Of a DNA stretch of 64,000 bases, positions 30,967 through 39,573 are shown piece after piece. The DNA is from an uncultured Acidobacteriota bacterium (GTDB lineage: Bacteria > Acidobacteriota > Thermoanaerobaculia > Multivoradales > JAHEKO01): positions 1,728,001-1,792,000 of the forward strand of contig CAVQNG010000003.1 in the NCBI GenBank assembly GCA_963713825.1, given 5' to 3'. Position 1 is the first letter of the stretch. Every line of letters starts with the position of its first letter. The position numbers were made by a program, and so were the translations under genes. Under the pieces are notes generated by a model that was not told the DNA's origin, ran no database searches, and saw only the letters and a list, made by a program, of their open reading frames with translations.

Positions 30967-33183
30967 CTACCTGCTGCTGATGAGGATGACCGGACAGTTG
31001 GTGGCGTTGATCAGTTGCCGTGTCATCGCACCGAAGACCCTGCGTCGAGAGCTCTGGCGCTGAATCCCCAGAACCAATAGACCGCAATCCGAAGACTCGT
31101 TCGTGAGAGCGCCGATCACATCGTCGCTTTCGAGAACCTGGACTTCGGCTCCTCGTGAGACCTCGTCACTGGCCAATGCAGCGACCTCGCGCCGGGCTTT
31201 CTGCTTCGCAGCTTCGGGGGTTCCCTCAGCCAGGACCCTGAGATATACGACCTCTCGATCTCCGTCGCGGCACAGGCTGCCCAGCAAGCGGGCGCGAAGC
31301 TTGCTCTGGTCGCGACGCCCGCCGACTGGGACCAGGACCCGTCGAGCGTCAGACAACTTCCACCCTTCAGGAGCGCGAAGGATCACGACATCGGATCCGA
31401 CGGCGCTGATGAAGTCCTCGAGACGAGATTCGACGCTCTCGGCCGTGACGTTTCCCAACCCGAGGAGCAGGCTCTCGCAACGGTGAAGGCGTGCCACTCG
31501 CCGTATCTCCGCCCAGGGATCCGGCGCGATGGTGGTCAACCATTCGGGATTGGCTCCGGCCGACAGGGAAAGCGACAGAGACTGATTCAAAATGGCTTCG
31601 ACATCGAGCAACTGCTGCGCAAGATCACCTCGGTGCCAGTCGCCAGGTGGCTGGACGACCGAGAGAAGCAGCACGCGCCCCGACTTCTGAGGTGCCAGAG
31701 CGTTCGCAACTTCAACCAGGCCTGCAGCGCTGCCAGGCTTTGCGATGGGTACCAGGACCAGCGGTGAGCGGCCGCGAAGTCGGACGAGATCCGGCTCCAT
31801 ACCCTCTTGGGATGCGTCCACCACGCGGGCTCGTCTGGCGAAGAGAAAGAAGTAGAGAATGAAACCGAGGCCCAACCAGACCATCACGACCCAACCTGCT
31901 TCGGGTACCGCCAATCCCTGAAACGCCGCGAGAGCGAGGCAGGCGCAACCTCCCAGGATCGGCACGAGGGGAAACCAGGGAACTCGGAAAGACGTTGCCG
32001 AAACTCCGCCACGGGTCTGAGCCAGGATATTGGTGCCATGAGCGATGGCGAAGGACAGGAGAAAGACCAGGCTGGCTGCGGCTCCAGCGGTGGCCACGTC
32101 CGGAACGAGGAGAAGGACTGCCAGGACCACAGCGACCGTTGCCACGATTGCCGTCATCGGTGTGCCGCGAGTCGAGTGGATGAAGCCGATGCTCTCGGGC
32201 AGGCTTCGATCTCGAGCCATGGTCAACGCCACCCGTGAGGCGGCGAGGAGGTTGGCGTGGAGGGCGGACAGCATGGAGAGCACCGCAGCGACGATGACCA
32301 GCCAGAATCCGAAGGGGCCGAGAAAATTTCTTGCGGCCTGTGCCACCACCGTAGCGGGATTCTGCTGGCTCATCTCCAAGATCGAGCCGCCTGCGTCCAC
32401 TCCGACAGTCGTGATGACGAAAAGCAGGGGAAGGTAGGTGGCCAGGGCAATCGCGAGCGACAGGATCATTGCTCTTGGAATCGTCTTGCGGGCATCTCGA
32501 ACCTCGCCGCCGACGGCGGCGATCAGATCGAAGCCTTGCAGGGCGATGAAGGTGAAGCCCATGGCCTGAAACAGCCCCAGGGAGCCGCCGGGGAAGAAGG
32601 GCCTCAGATTCGTTACCGCCGCGTCGGGAGATCGCTGAGCCAGCGCCCACAGGCCTCCCGCGATCAAGACGACGAAGACCAGAATCTTGCCCACGGTGGC
32701 CCACTGTCGGCCTCCTGGGCTACTCCGCACCAGTCCGACGCCGTAGAAGAGGATCGCGCCAGTCGCTAGAACGACCAGGACTACCCGGTGGCTCACCCAT
32801 TCGAAGCTTCTACCGAAGCTGGCTTGCAAGATGGTGTCGACAGCAGTGGCAGCGTAGGCAGCGAAACCCAACGCGTAGAGGACTGCGGCGACGATCGACG
32901 CCATCCAGACCACCCAACCCACAAGAAAGGCCGCCTCGCCCTCGAGCACCTTCTTGGCGAAAGAGTAGGTGCCTCCCGATTCGGGAAAGGCTGACGACAT
33001 TTCGGCGAAGCTCAGCACCGTGAGGAACGCGATCAGGCCATTCAGGGCGAAGGCCAGCATTGCGCTGGGGCCGGTGGCTGAAAAAGCCACCCCTGCCAGA
33101 GCCAGGATTCCTCCCCCGACGATGGCACCCACACCGATACCGGTGGCTCCCCAGAAGCCGATGGATCTTTGGTCTTCCGACAC
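30967..33183 (-). CDS. APC-family amino acid permease fused to two USP-like domains
   Basis: GVGAIVGGGI, AEMSSAFPESGG.Y, GFDLIAAVGGEV and SR....MARD. The cytoplasmic tail has VLVPIA and RVLVPVGG USP-type beta strands. Confidence 0.9.
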   Translation of the reverse strand: MSEDQRSIGFWGATGIGVGAIVGGGILALAGVAFSATGPSAMLAFALNGLIAFLTVLSFAEMSSAFPESGGTYSFAKKVLEGEAAFLVGWVVWMASIVAAVLYALGFAAYAATAVDTILQASFGRSFEWVSHRVVLVVLATGAILFYGVGLVRSSPGGRQWATVGKILVFVVLIAGGLWALAQRSPDAAVTNLRPFFPGGSLGLFQAMGFTFIALQGFDLIAAVGGEVRDARKTIPRAMILSLAIALATYLPLLFVITTVGVDAGGSILEMSQQNPATVVAQAARNFLGPFGFWLVIVAAVLSMLSALHANLLAASRVALTMARDRSLPESIGFIHSTRGTPMTAIVATVAVVLAVLLLVPDVATAGAAASLVFLLSFAIAHGTNILAQTRGGVSATSFRVPWFPLVPILGGCACLALAAFQGLAVPEAGWVVMVWLGLGFILYFFLFARRARVVDASQEGMEPDLVRLRGRSPLVLVPIAKPGSAAGLVEVANALAPQKSGRVLLLSVVQPPGDWHRGDLAQQLLDVEAILNQSLSLSLSAGANPEWLTTIAPDPWAEIRRVARLHRCESLLLGLGNVTAESVESRLEDFISAVGSDVVILRAPEGWKLSDARRVLVPVGGRRDQSKLRARLLGSLCRDGDREVVYLRVLAEGTPEAAKQKARREVAALASDEVSRGAEVQVLESDDVIGALTNESSDCGLLVLGIQRQSSRRRVFGAMTRQLINATNCPVILISSR

Positions 33184-33246
33184 GGATGTTTCCTTCGAGC
33201 AGTGCTGGGAAGGGTTCTCGGAAGCCTCCAGCCCGCCCGTAATTGG

Positions 33247-34191
33247 TTACCTCAAGTTTCGCATTCGTTTGGAGATGAGGGAAGGCACAGAAAGGACGGG
33301 ACAACTCGCCGTCTGAATGACCCGCTTCGCTACGCTGCCCAGGAATTCTCGGCCAGCAGCGAACGAACCGCGTCCACCCAGTGCGATGACATCGACTTCT
33401 TCCTGATTCGCTGCCCGCACGATCTCCGCGGCCGGTATTCCGTCGCGCAACAGCACACGAGCTGCGGCCCCATCCAGTCCGAATGTGTTCGAGAGTACAG
33501 CCAGCCTCTCCTTCAGAAGAGCCCGGCATTCTGCGACGTACTCTCCCCACAACTGACTCACTGCGATGTCCCTGTCCAAGCCCTTCGGCGTGTGGAGGAC
33601 CGAAAGCAGCAACATGGACACGTCGCGCTCATGGACGCGGAAGATCTCCTGAGCCGCGATGGCTGCAGCGTCGGCTTCGATGGAGAAATCAGTAGCGACG
33701 AGAATTCGGTGGGGAAGAGAGGCTCCCAGCCTCGCCTTCGGCCCGACGCTCAGAACGGGACAACTCGCCCCTTCGGCCACGCGCTCGGTGGTGCTGCCCA
33801 CCAAAAGGTCGTCGACGCCCCCCTCACCTCGAGTGCCCATCACGATGAGACCAGCCCGCTCCCAATCCGCCACTTTCAAGATCGACACCGAGGGTCGATC
33901 GTGAAGGAGGTGGCTCTGCACAGGCTGATCCGGGCTCCGAATGCTTTCTGCCAACTCTGCCAGGCGACGATCTGCGTCCCCGATTGAGACCTCGGCGAGC
34001 GGAGACAAGATGTCGTGTCGGCTAAGCAGAGGTAACGTCCGGGACACCGCGTGGACCAAATGGAGTTGCGCCCCATGGGTGCGAGCGATCGTCATGGCCC
34101 ACGAGAGGGCCACATCCGATGGATCCGAGAAGTCGGTAGCGGAGACGATCGACCGCAGGGTGCGGGCGGACGGTTGGTTCACAGATTCCAT
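33247..34191 (-). CDS. Universal stress protein, tandem USP domains
   Basis: Two repeats of ATDFS and G..G......GS...RV...A.CPVL.V. Confidence 0.92.
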   Translation of the reverse strand: MESVNQPSARTLRSIVSATDFSDPSDVALSWAMTIARTHGAQLHLVHAVSRTLPLLSRHDILSPLAEVSIGDADRRLAELAESIRSPDQPVQSHLLHDRPSVSILKVADWERAGLIVMGTRGEGGVDDLLVGSTTERVAEGASCPVLSVGPKARLGASLPHRILVATDFSIEADAAAIAAQEIFRVHERDVSMLLLSVLHTPKGLDRDIAVSQLWGEYVAECRALLKERLAVLSNTFGLDGAAARVLLRDGIPAAEIVRAANQEEVDVIALGGRGSFAAGREFLGSVAKRVIQTASCPVLSVPSLISKRMRNLR

Positions 34192-34221
34192 TCAGATTCC
34201 TTAGCGCCGACCGTCTCGGAT

Positions 34222-36597
34222 TCAGACCTTCTGCTCGTGGATCTCGGCAAGAGTCAACTCCTTGAGGTGTTCCACCAGAGACACCAAGTGACGAATCTGT
34301 ATCTCCCAGATCGCCCTGCCCTTTTCCGCGGTGGCGAGGGTCGGATCGCCAAAAACGCCTGACTTCGAGATGTGCTCCGTTCTAGCGTACCAGCCAACGC
34401 TGTACTTGGAGGTGAAGTCCAGATACTTGGAGGAGAACTTCGGCACGAGTGCCTTCGCCTTCTTCATGTCGACCAACTCGGGCCGAACGGCGAGCGATGT
34501 GCTGGTCTCGATCTCGCCGGCGTGGACGTCATTCTTGGTCTCGGTGATGGCATAGATGTCCGTATCGCTAGTCTCGCCGCTGTCGACGCAGGTGAAGATC
34601 CGGGTGTCGCGGTTGATCATCTGAGCCGCATGGTGCAGGGTCGCCGAGTTTCCGCCGTGGCCGTTGATGATGATCAACTTGGCAATGCCGTTGCGCGCCG
34701 CACTGACTCCGACATCGTAAACGAACCTGGCCAAAGACTCGTTCGACACGCTCAGCGTGCCTGGAAAGCTGTCGTGATGATACGAAACACCATATGGGAT
34801 CAACGGAAGGACCAGGGGCCGAGGTTCTTGACAGGCCTTGGCCACCTCGTGGGCGAGATAGTCGGCGTCGAACGCATCGGTGTCCACGGGCAGGTGAGGG
34901 CCGTGCTGCTCGATCGCTCCAACCGGGAGCAGCGCTATGTCCACGCCCCGCAGGATCTTCTTCGCTTCCGGCCACGAGAGCTGGGCCCATTCATATCGTC
35001 CGTCGGCTGGCCTAGCGTTCTTGAGGCGTGGTCCCGAAGCGGGGTTTGGACCCGGCTTGGCGAGTAGGTTCTTGGCATTCAGGGCTGGATCGCCCAGCAG
35101 ATCGAATGGCACCCACTGTTTGCCATGATGCCGAAGAGACCCTTCGGCGTGCGACAGGAGAATCTCGTACAGGCGCCTCCGAATAGGCAAGGGCACCTCA
35201 TCGATCGGCGAGCGGTCCCTGTGGAAGCGCAGCATCAGCGGCTCGCGGCGGCGAGCGGCGCGGACATTGCCGATTCGGGGCTCGGAGATCAGCTGCTTTT
35301 CATGGAGTAGGGCCCCCATGTGCTCGACAGCAGCTCGTTCTTGGTGCACTCCCTTGTCGACCAAGCTTCTCAGGATTCCCTCCACCTGATCGGCTCGGTA
35401 GCCTGCCAGCGATGGGTTCAGATCGCAGGCCAGCAGCATCCCGGCGATCCGGCGGCACTTCTCGCACTTGCCGCAGGGGAGCATCTTGCCATCCACCTCA
35501 TGGGCCGCATGGCAGGAGACCTGCAGCTCGAGCAAGGATGGGTAGCGCTCGGCCAGGGTCTTCTGGATGAGGAGCTCCGACATGGGCCTCAGAGCGGAAA
35601 GCTGCCGGACTCCCCAGTGCTTTTTCGCGTAGTAGCGGCTCAGAGCATGGTCGAAGTAGCGGCTCTGATCATAGAGGCCATCGAAGTGCGGAACTCCCCT
35701 ATGGGAGGCCTTGACAGTGGTGTCGTATTCGTCGCCGATCAGCAGGTGACCGATTCCCCGCTTGCGGAGCAATGGAAGTGCTCCGAAAAGGAACACAGCG
35801 ACGGTCCACAGACGAATCGGATACTCGTCCGATCGCAGACGTTGAAAGTCGGGGCGTACGAGGGACAAATGCCGCAGCATCCAGTTGAAGATCCGGTCCG
35901 AGTTGGTCCAGACCCGGGAGGTGTTTGGCACTGTCCGCCTGAACTCGCGGAAAGCGTTGATGGCGGTGAACCAGTGACGGCCCGACTCGTTGATGTAGAT
36001 CGGATGCACGTCGCACTCCAGCTCACGGAGCAGGCCAAAGGTAAGGAGGCTGTCCTTGCCGCCGCTGGAGAGAACCGAGTACAGGTCCGAGTCGCCCTGC
36101 CAGCCAGTGAAGGTTCCGGCGACTGCGGGCTCGAAGAGGACCCGAGCGTTTACGTAGTTGTCTCGTCGCTCGAGGGGCAGGCCAGCAAACTCGGGCGTCA
36201 AGAAGGCGTTGGGCTGTTGGATCTTCTTGACGTAGATCTCGCGTGCGGTATTGGCGAGCATCTCCTGGACGAATCGTCGATCCGTAGCATCGAAGTGGCC
36301 ATCAAACACGATCTCCTTGCAGAACAGACCGTAGTTCAGAGCCACCTGAACCGCGATCATGCTCGCCAGGTTCGAGCTGGCGGGATCCTCCGGGTCGAAG
36401 ACCTCCTCTTCGTAGCGGTACGTAAGCCTCTCTTCGTAGGTGTTCCCGTCTCTGGATACGACGAATGGTGCGATGAGCTGATTCGGCTTCGTGATGACCG
36501 GACCAACGGTCAGCTTGTCGATAACCTGGAGAACCGAAAGGGGATCCTCTTTCCCGATCGCTCGGCCTTGCTGGAGGTGGGCTTCGGTGGCGGACAT
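34222..36597 (-). CDS. Fusion of a MurL-like PP-loop (adenylating) domain and a creatininase-family amidohydrolase
   Basis: The N-terminal ~510 aa carry SGGKDS at ~aa 178, LRPMSEL and SCH...PCGKCEKC. The C-terminal ~260 aa carry PVGAIEQHGPHLP.DTD, FPGT, NGHGGN and HAGEIETS. SD AAGGAGAG. Confidence 0.82.
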   Translation of the reverse strand: MSATEAHLQQGRAIGKEDPLSVLQVIDKLTVGPVITKPNQLIAPFVVSRDGNTYEERLTYRYEEEVFDPEDPASSNLASMIAVQVALNYGLFCKEIVFDGHFDATDRRFVQEMLANTAREIYVKKIQQPNAFLTPEFAGLPLERRDNYVNARVLFEPAVAGTFTGWQGDSDLYSVLSSGGKDSLLTFGLLRELECDVHPIYINESGRHWFTAINAFREFRRTVPNTSRVWTNSDRIFNWMLRHLSLVRPDFQRLRSDEYPIRLWTVAVFLFGALPLLRKRGIGHLLIGDEYDTTVKASHRGVPHFDGLYDQSRYFDHALSRYYAKKHWGVRQLSALRPMSELLIQKTLAERYPSLLELQVSCHAAHEVDGKMLPCGKCEKCRRIAGMLLACDLNPSLAGYRADQVEGILRSLVDKGVHQERAAVEHMGALLHEKQLISEPRIGNVRAARRREPLMLRFHRDRSPIDEVPLPIRRRLYEILLSHAEGSLRHHGKQWVPFDLLGDPALNAKNLLAKPGPNPASGPRLKNARPADGRYEWAQLSWPEAKKILRGVDIALLPVGAIEQHGPHLPVDTDAFDADYLAHEVAKACQEPRPLVLPLIPYGVSYHHDSFPGTLSVSNESLARFVYDVGVSAARNGIAKLIIINGHGGNSATLHHAAQMINRDTRIFTCVDSGETSDTDIYAITETKNDVHAGEIETSTSLAVRPELVDMKKAKALVPKFSSKYLDFTSKYSVGWYARTEHISKSGVFGDPTLATAEKGRAIWEIQIRHLVSLVEHLKELTLAEIHEQKV

Positions 36598-37682
36598 GAA
36601 CCTCTCTCCTTGGAGTTCAAGAAGGGCTGAAGCGCGTCAATGACGGCTCCACACCCTTCGCGTAAGGGATAGCAGGCAGGTAGTCCCGTTCTCTGTTGGG
36701 TACTCTTCTTTGCAGACGATGCTGCGTGTGTCGCTAGATGCTCGTCGTTCAGTGTGATCGCAACCACTGGCTTTCCAGAGATCAACTCGATGGCCTCGAT
36801 CTGGGTTTCCAGCGGGTGAATTGGATAGCCCGGAAAGCCGTCGTACTCGGCTCGGGCCGGAGCATGCTGCAACACGACGACGTCTGGTCGCCCGGCTGCC
36901 AGAAGCTCGAAGCCTCCAGGATAGGCGGGGTTCATCAAGCTGCCCTGTCCTTCCAACAGGATCACATCTGGGCGCTCTTCGTTCCATGCCGTCCATACGG
37001 CATGCTCGATTTCACCGGTTACAAAGTCGTTGACCAGGGAGTCCAGGATGACCCCGTATCGAGCCCCTTGCATCCAGGCGGTCTGTCCGGTACCCACTAG
37101 TTCTGTAGAGCGGCCTCGGATTTCCAGTCCGTCTCGCAACATCCAGGCGGTTGTACGTTTTCCGACAGCCGAGTCCGTTCCCAGCACAGCGACCTTCAGG
37201 CACGCGACTTCCTCGATCTTGCCGCTGAAGAAGTGCATATTCTTGATTGGAGGGGGCTTTCGCACATCACGAATCTTCACACCACGCTCAGCTGCGGCAG
37301 CCGAAATCTCGGCATCGTCGCTCAGGAATTCGTGCAACCCCGAGTCGATATTCAACCCTGCATGGATGGCATCAAGAACGTTCCGTCGTCCAGATTCTGG
37401 CAAGCGACCTCCGTCTGGTGCCAACCCGACGACGAAGTGGGTGGCAGGAGCGCCCTGCAACCGAGCTTTCAAGAGCGCCTCGGAAAGATCCTCAGTAATC
37501 CGGATTCCGTTCCAGTTGTGGTCGAGAACCTCTCCTGCATCGCGCCCGGCCAGGCCGGAATCAACAACGGCCAGGATTCGATATCGCGCAGAGCGGCGAA
37601 CCAGTCCGTGGGCCGTTTTCCCGTAGGTAGTGCCAAATGCACCTTCGCAATACACGATTGCATTGCCTTCTGGATGTTTCAT
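36510..37682 (-). CDS. DUF1611 protein (DgcN-like D-glutamate N-acetyltransferase family)
   Basis: GKTAHGLVR, G.APDGGRLP, GLHEFL.DD, P-loop-like GTDSAVGKRTT, GTGQT and EGQGSL..PAY. Confidence 0.88.
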   Translation of the reverse strand: MKHPEGNAIVYCEGAFGTTYGKTAHGLVRRSARYRILAVVDSGLAGRDAGEVLDHNWNGIRITEDLSEALLKARLQGAPATHFVVGLAPDGGRLPESGRRNVLDAIHAGLNIDSGLHEFLSDDAEISAAAAERGVKIRDVRKPPPIKNMHFFSGKIEEVACLKVAVLGTDSAVGKRTTAWMLRDGLEIRGRSTELVGTGQTAWMQGARYGVILDSLVNDFVTGEIEHAVWTAWNEERPDVILLEGQGSLMNPAYPGGFELLAAGRPDVVVLQHAPARAEYDGFPGYPIHPLETQIEAIELISGKPVVAITLNDEHLATHAASSAKKSTQQRTGLPACYPLREGCGAVIDALQPFLNSKERGSCPPPKPTSSKAERSGKRIPFRFSRLSTS

Positions 37683-38755
37683 TTCTTCCTCCCTGTGAGG
37701 ATTGCTACGTATCGGTCGCCTGAGAACGGGTCTTCAGAATGTCTCTCGAGTAGAGAGATCAGGCCAGCGGTCGCTGCCGGCAGTACATTCAGACTCTCCT
37801 CCTCCGCCAGCTTGCGAGTCGTCTGGAGCATCGCTTTGTCACTGACATTGGATGCCCAGCCACCGCTCGATCGGATCGCGTCGAGGGCGAGATCGCCGTC
37901 CAGAGAGTTCCAATTGATCAGGGGCTCGTTGACAGCGGTTTCGCGAATCTTCTCCGGACTTAGTGGCTCACAGTGGAGCAGATTCTTGCGGTAGGAGCGA
38001 ACAATGGGATTCTTGCCGTAGGTGGAGCCCGCCGCCATGCGAGGAATGCGCGACGTCTTACCCCTTCTGTAGAGGCTGATGAAACCCTTGTGGATTCCCG
38101 CCAGGGTCGTTCCGTTCGAAACTGGAACTGCTACCACTGCGGGTGCGTCCCTCAGCTCGTCGTAGATCTCGTAGGCGATCTGTCCGTAGGCGCTGAGCTG
38201 AATCGCGGTGTTGGCGCCGCCCGGATTGGCATCGTAGAACTCGTGTTGGTCCGCCAGCTGTTGCGAGGCTTCGACCGCACGTTCGTAGTCGCCCGGCACC
38301 CGGCGAATCGTGGCCCTCTCGGATTCGATCTCCTGGATCCGTCGTGTTTGGTACCCGGCTGGAATCAGAATCACCGCTTCGAGCCCGGCCAGTCGAGCTG
38401 CCTCGGCGACGGCTACTCCGTAGTTACCGCAGGTGGCCACGGTGACGGTGTCGAAACCACGGCGCAGCGCATCCATGACCTGAGCGAAGGCGATGCGGTC
38501 CTTCTGGGTGCCGCTGGGGTTCGCGCCTTCGAACTTCAGGAACAGCTGGCGCAGGCCGGTCTCCCGCTCGAGGTGGCGGCCGCGGGTCAACGCTGTATCA
38601 CCGACCTCCGACTCGAAGATGTCCTCGTACCATTCGAGACGCTCCTCGATTGAGAGCTCCGGATCGGCGGCGCTCTCCATGGCCTTGCGGATACGAGGTC
38701 CTTGTAGCGGTTGGCCCACCGCGCCGTCCAGCAGGTTGAAACTCTGCTCGCTCAT
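37679..38755 (-). CDS. PLP-dependent enzyme, threonine-synthase-like (fold type II), atypical subfamily
   Basis: LFLKFEGANPSGTQKDR (PLP lysine), ATCGNYG, PVSNGTT and VAILTG. Its stop overlaps the DUF1611 start (ATGA coupling). Confidence 0.87.
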   Translation of the reverse strand: MSEQSFNLLDGAVGQPLQGPRIRKAMESAADPELSIEERLEWYEDIFESEVGDTALTRGRHLERETGLRQLFLKFEGANPSGTQKDRIAFAQVMDALRRGFDTVTVATCGNYGVAVAEAARLAGLEAVILIPAGYQTRRIQEIESERATIRRVPGDYERAVEASQQLADQHEFYDANPGGANTAIQLSAYGQIAYEIYDELRDAPAVVAVPVSNGTTLAGIHKGFISLYRRGKTSRIPRMAAGSTYGKNPIVRSYRKNLLHCEPLSPEKIRETAVNEPLINWNSLDGDLALDAIRSSGGWASNVSDKAMLQTTRKLAEEESLNVLPAATAGLISLLERHSEDPFSGDRYVAILTGRKK

Positions 38756-38780
38756 CGACCTGATCTCGGGGGTAGGATGC

Positions 38781-39320
38781 CTAGCGTTTTGGGCCGCCCC
38801 GCGGGCGGTGAATCCGTCTGTCGACAATGACCGAAGGGTTGTCGTACTCGAAGTCGTCATCCGGCAGATCGTCATCGATCTCGTCGAATCCGAGATCCTC
38901 GCTCACGTCGGGCCCTGTCGATATCCAATCAACTCGAGCCGGTCGCTCCTGTCTCAAGGTCGATTTAAGCTCCTCAAAGGACTCGCAGAGCTGGTCCCAG
39001 GAGTCACCGATGCGCTCGACGACATCCTCTCGGGAGGCGTTGCCCTGCGCAAAGCAGCTCCTGATCTCCATGCGAAGCATGAGGGCTTCGCGGTAGATCT
39101 CCTCGGCCTCCACGGCGAGATTGGGGAGCTCGTTCGCATCGTCATAGGTGGAACGGGCTTCGAGCCCGGCCACTCGGGCCATGAAGCGCTTGAGCTCTCG
39201 GTCGAGATCCTTGAGGTATCTCTTCCCGGATCTCGCGGCAGATCTCTCGCTGCTGTGGGCTCCGACAACCCATTCATCCTGCTGTCGATCACGGTGCCTG
39301 GGCGTTGCCTTCTTGCTCAT
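38781..39320 (-). CDS. Hypothetical protein, helical/coiled-coil with an acidic C-terminal region; first gene of the sigma54 operon
   Basis: 179-aa ORF with SD GGAGGAAGGA. It lies directly downstream of the sigma54 box and carries a DEIDDDLPDDDFEYD tract. Confidence 0.65.
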   Translation of the reverse strand: MSKKATPRHRDRQQDEWVVGAHSSERSAARSGKRYLKDLDRELKRFMARVAGLEARSTYDDANELPNLAVEAEEIYREALMLRMEIRSCFAQGNASREDVVERIGDSWDQLCESFEELKSTLRQERPARVDWISTGPDVSEDLGFDEIDDDLPDDDFEYDNPSVIVDRRIHRPRGGPKR

Positions 39321-39383
39321 GTTCCTTCCTCCAGTGGTTCGTCCTGTGCTCGAATTTGTGGAGCGTAGACGAGGAGTCCAAAG

Positions 39384-39398
39384 GCAAATTGGATGCCA
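39384..39398 (-). promoter_or_regulatory. Sigma54 (RpoN) -24/-12 promoter
   Basis: The minus strand reads TGGCA-TCCAAT-TTGC, with exact consensus spacing (TGGCA-N6-TTGC). It sits ~64 bp upstream of ATG 39320, next to a divergent bEBP gene. Confidence 0.8.
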
Positions 39399-39493
39399 AT
39401 TCCGCCCAGGCGCTCCAGAACCTGAAGAGAGTAGTCATTCTGCTGCGATTTCCAGTATTGGAGGATTTCGAATCAGGGGGGCGGCGGTATGTT

Positions 39494-39552
39494 TCGGAAT
39501 AAGAATACCGACAAGAAAAGAATTGATTTACCGATCGGAAATAGAATACAGT
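39494..39552. promoter_or_regulatory. Candidate paired upstream activator sequences for the bEBP
   Basis: TCGGAATAAGAATACCGA (39494-39511, imperfect palindrome) and TCGGAAATAGAATACAGT (39535-39552) are 41 bp apart. They lie ~100-150 bp upstream of the sigma54 box in an AT-rich stretch. Confidence 0.55.
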
Positions 39553-39573
39553 TTCAGTCGGGAGGACGACCCT

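Noticed and set aside
34222-35000. Mycofactocin (MftE) or other RiPP cluster
   Set aside because: A creatininase-family domain is present, but there is no radical SAM enzyme, RRE/PqqD domain or recognisable precursor peptide.
35100-36597. queC or a QatC/Cap9-type anti-phage QueC homologue
   Set aside because: It shares SGGxDS and a Cys cluster, but the PP-loop is ~178 aa internal and no que, qat or CBASS genes are nearby. The motif order fits MurL better. This is not fully excluded without a profile search.
37679-38755. Housekeeping thrC
   Set aside because: The motifs deviate from ThrC and there is no threonine-pathway context, so the gene symbol is withheld.
39148-39573. N-terminal 142-aa extension of the bEBP given in the ORF track
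   Set aside because: It overlaps the divergent gene and the promoter/enhancer region. The SD-supported ATG at 39574 matches the receiver-domain start.
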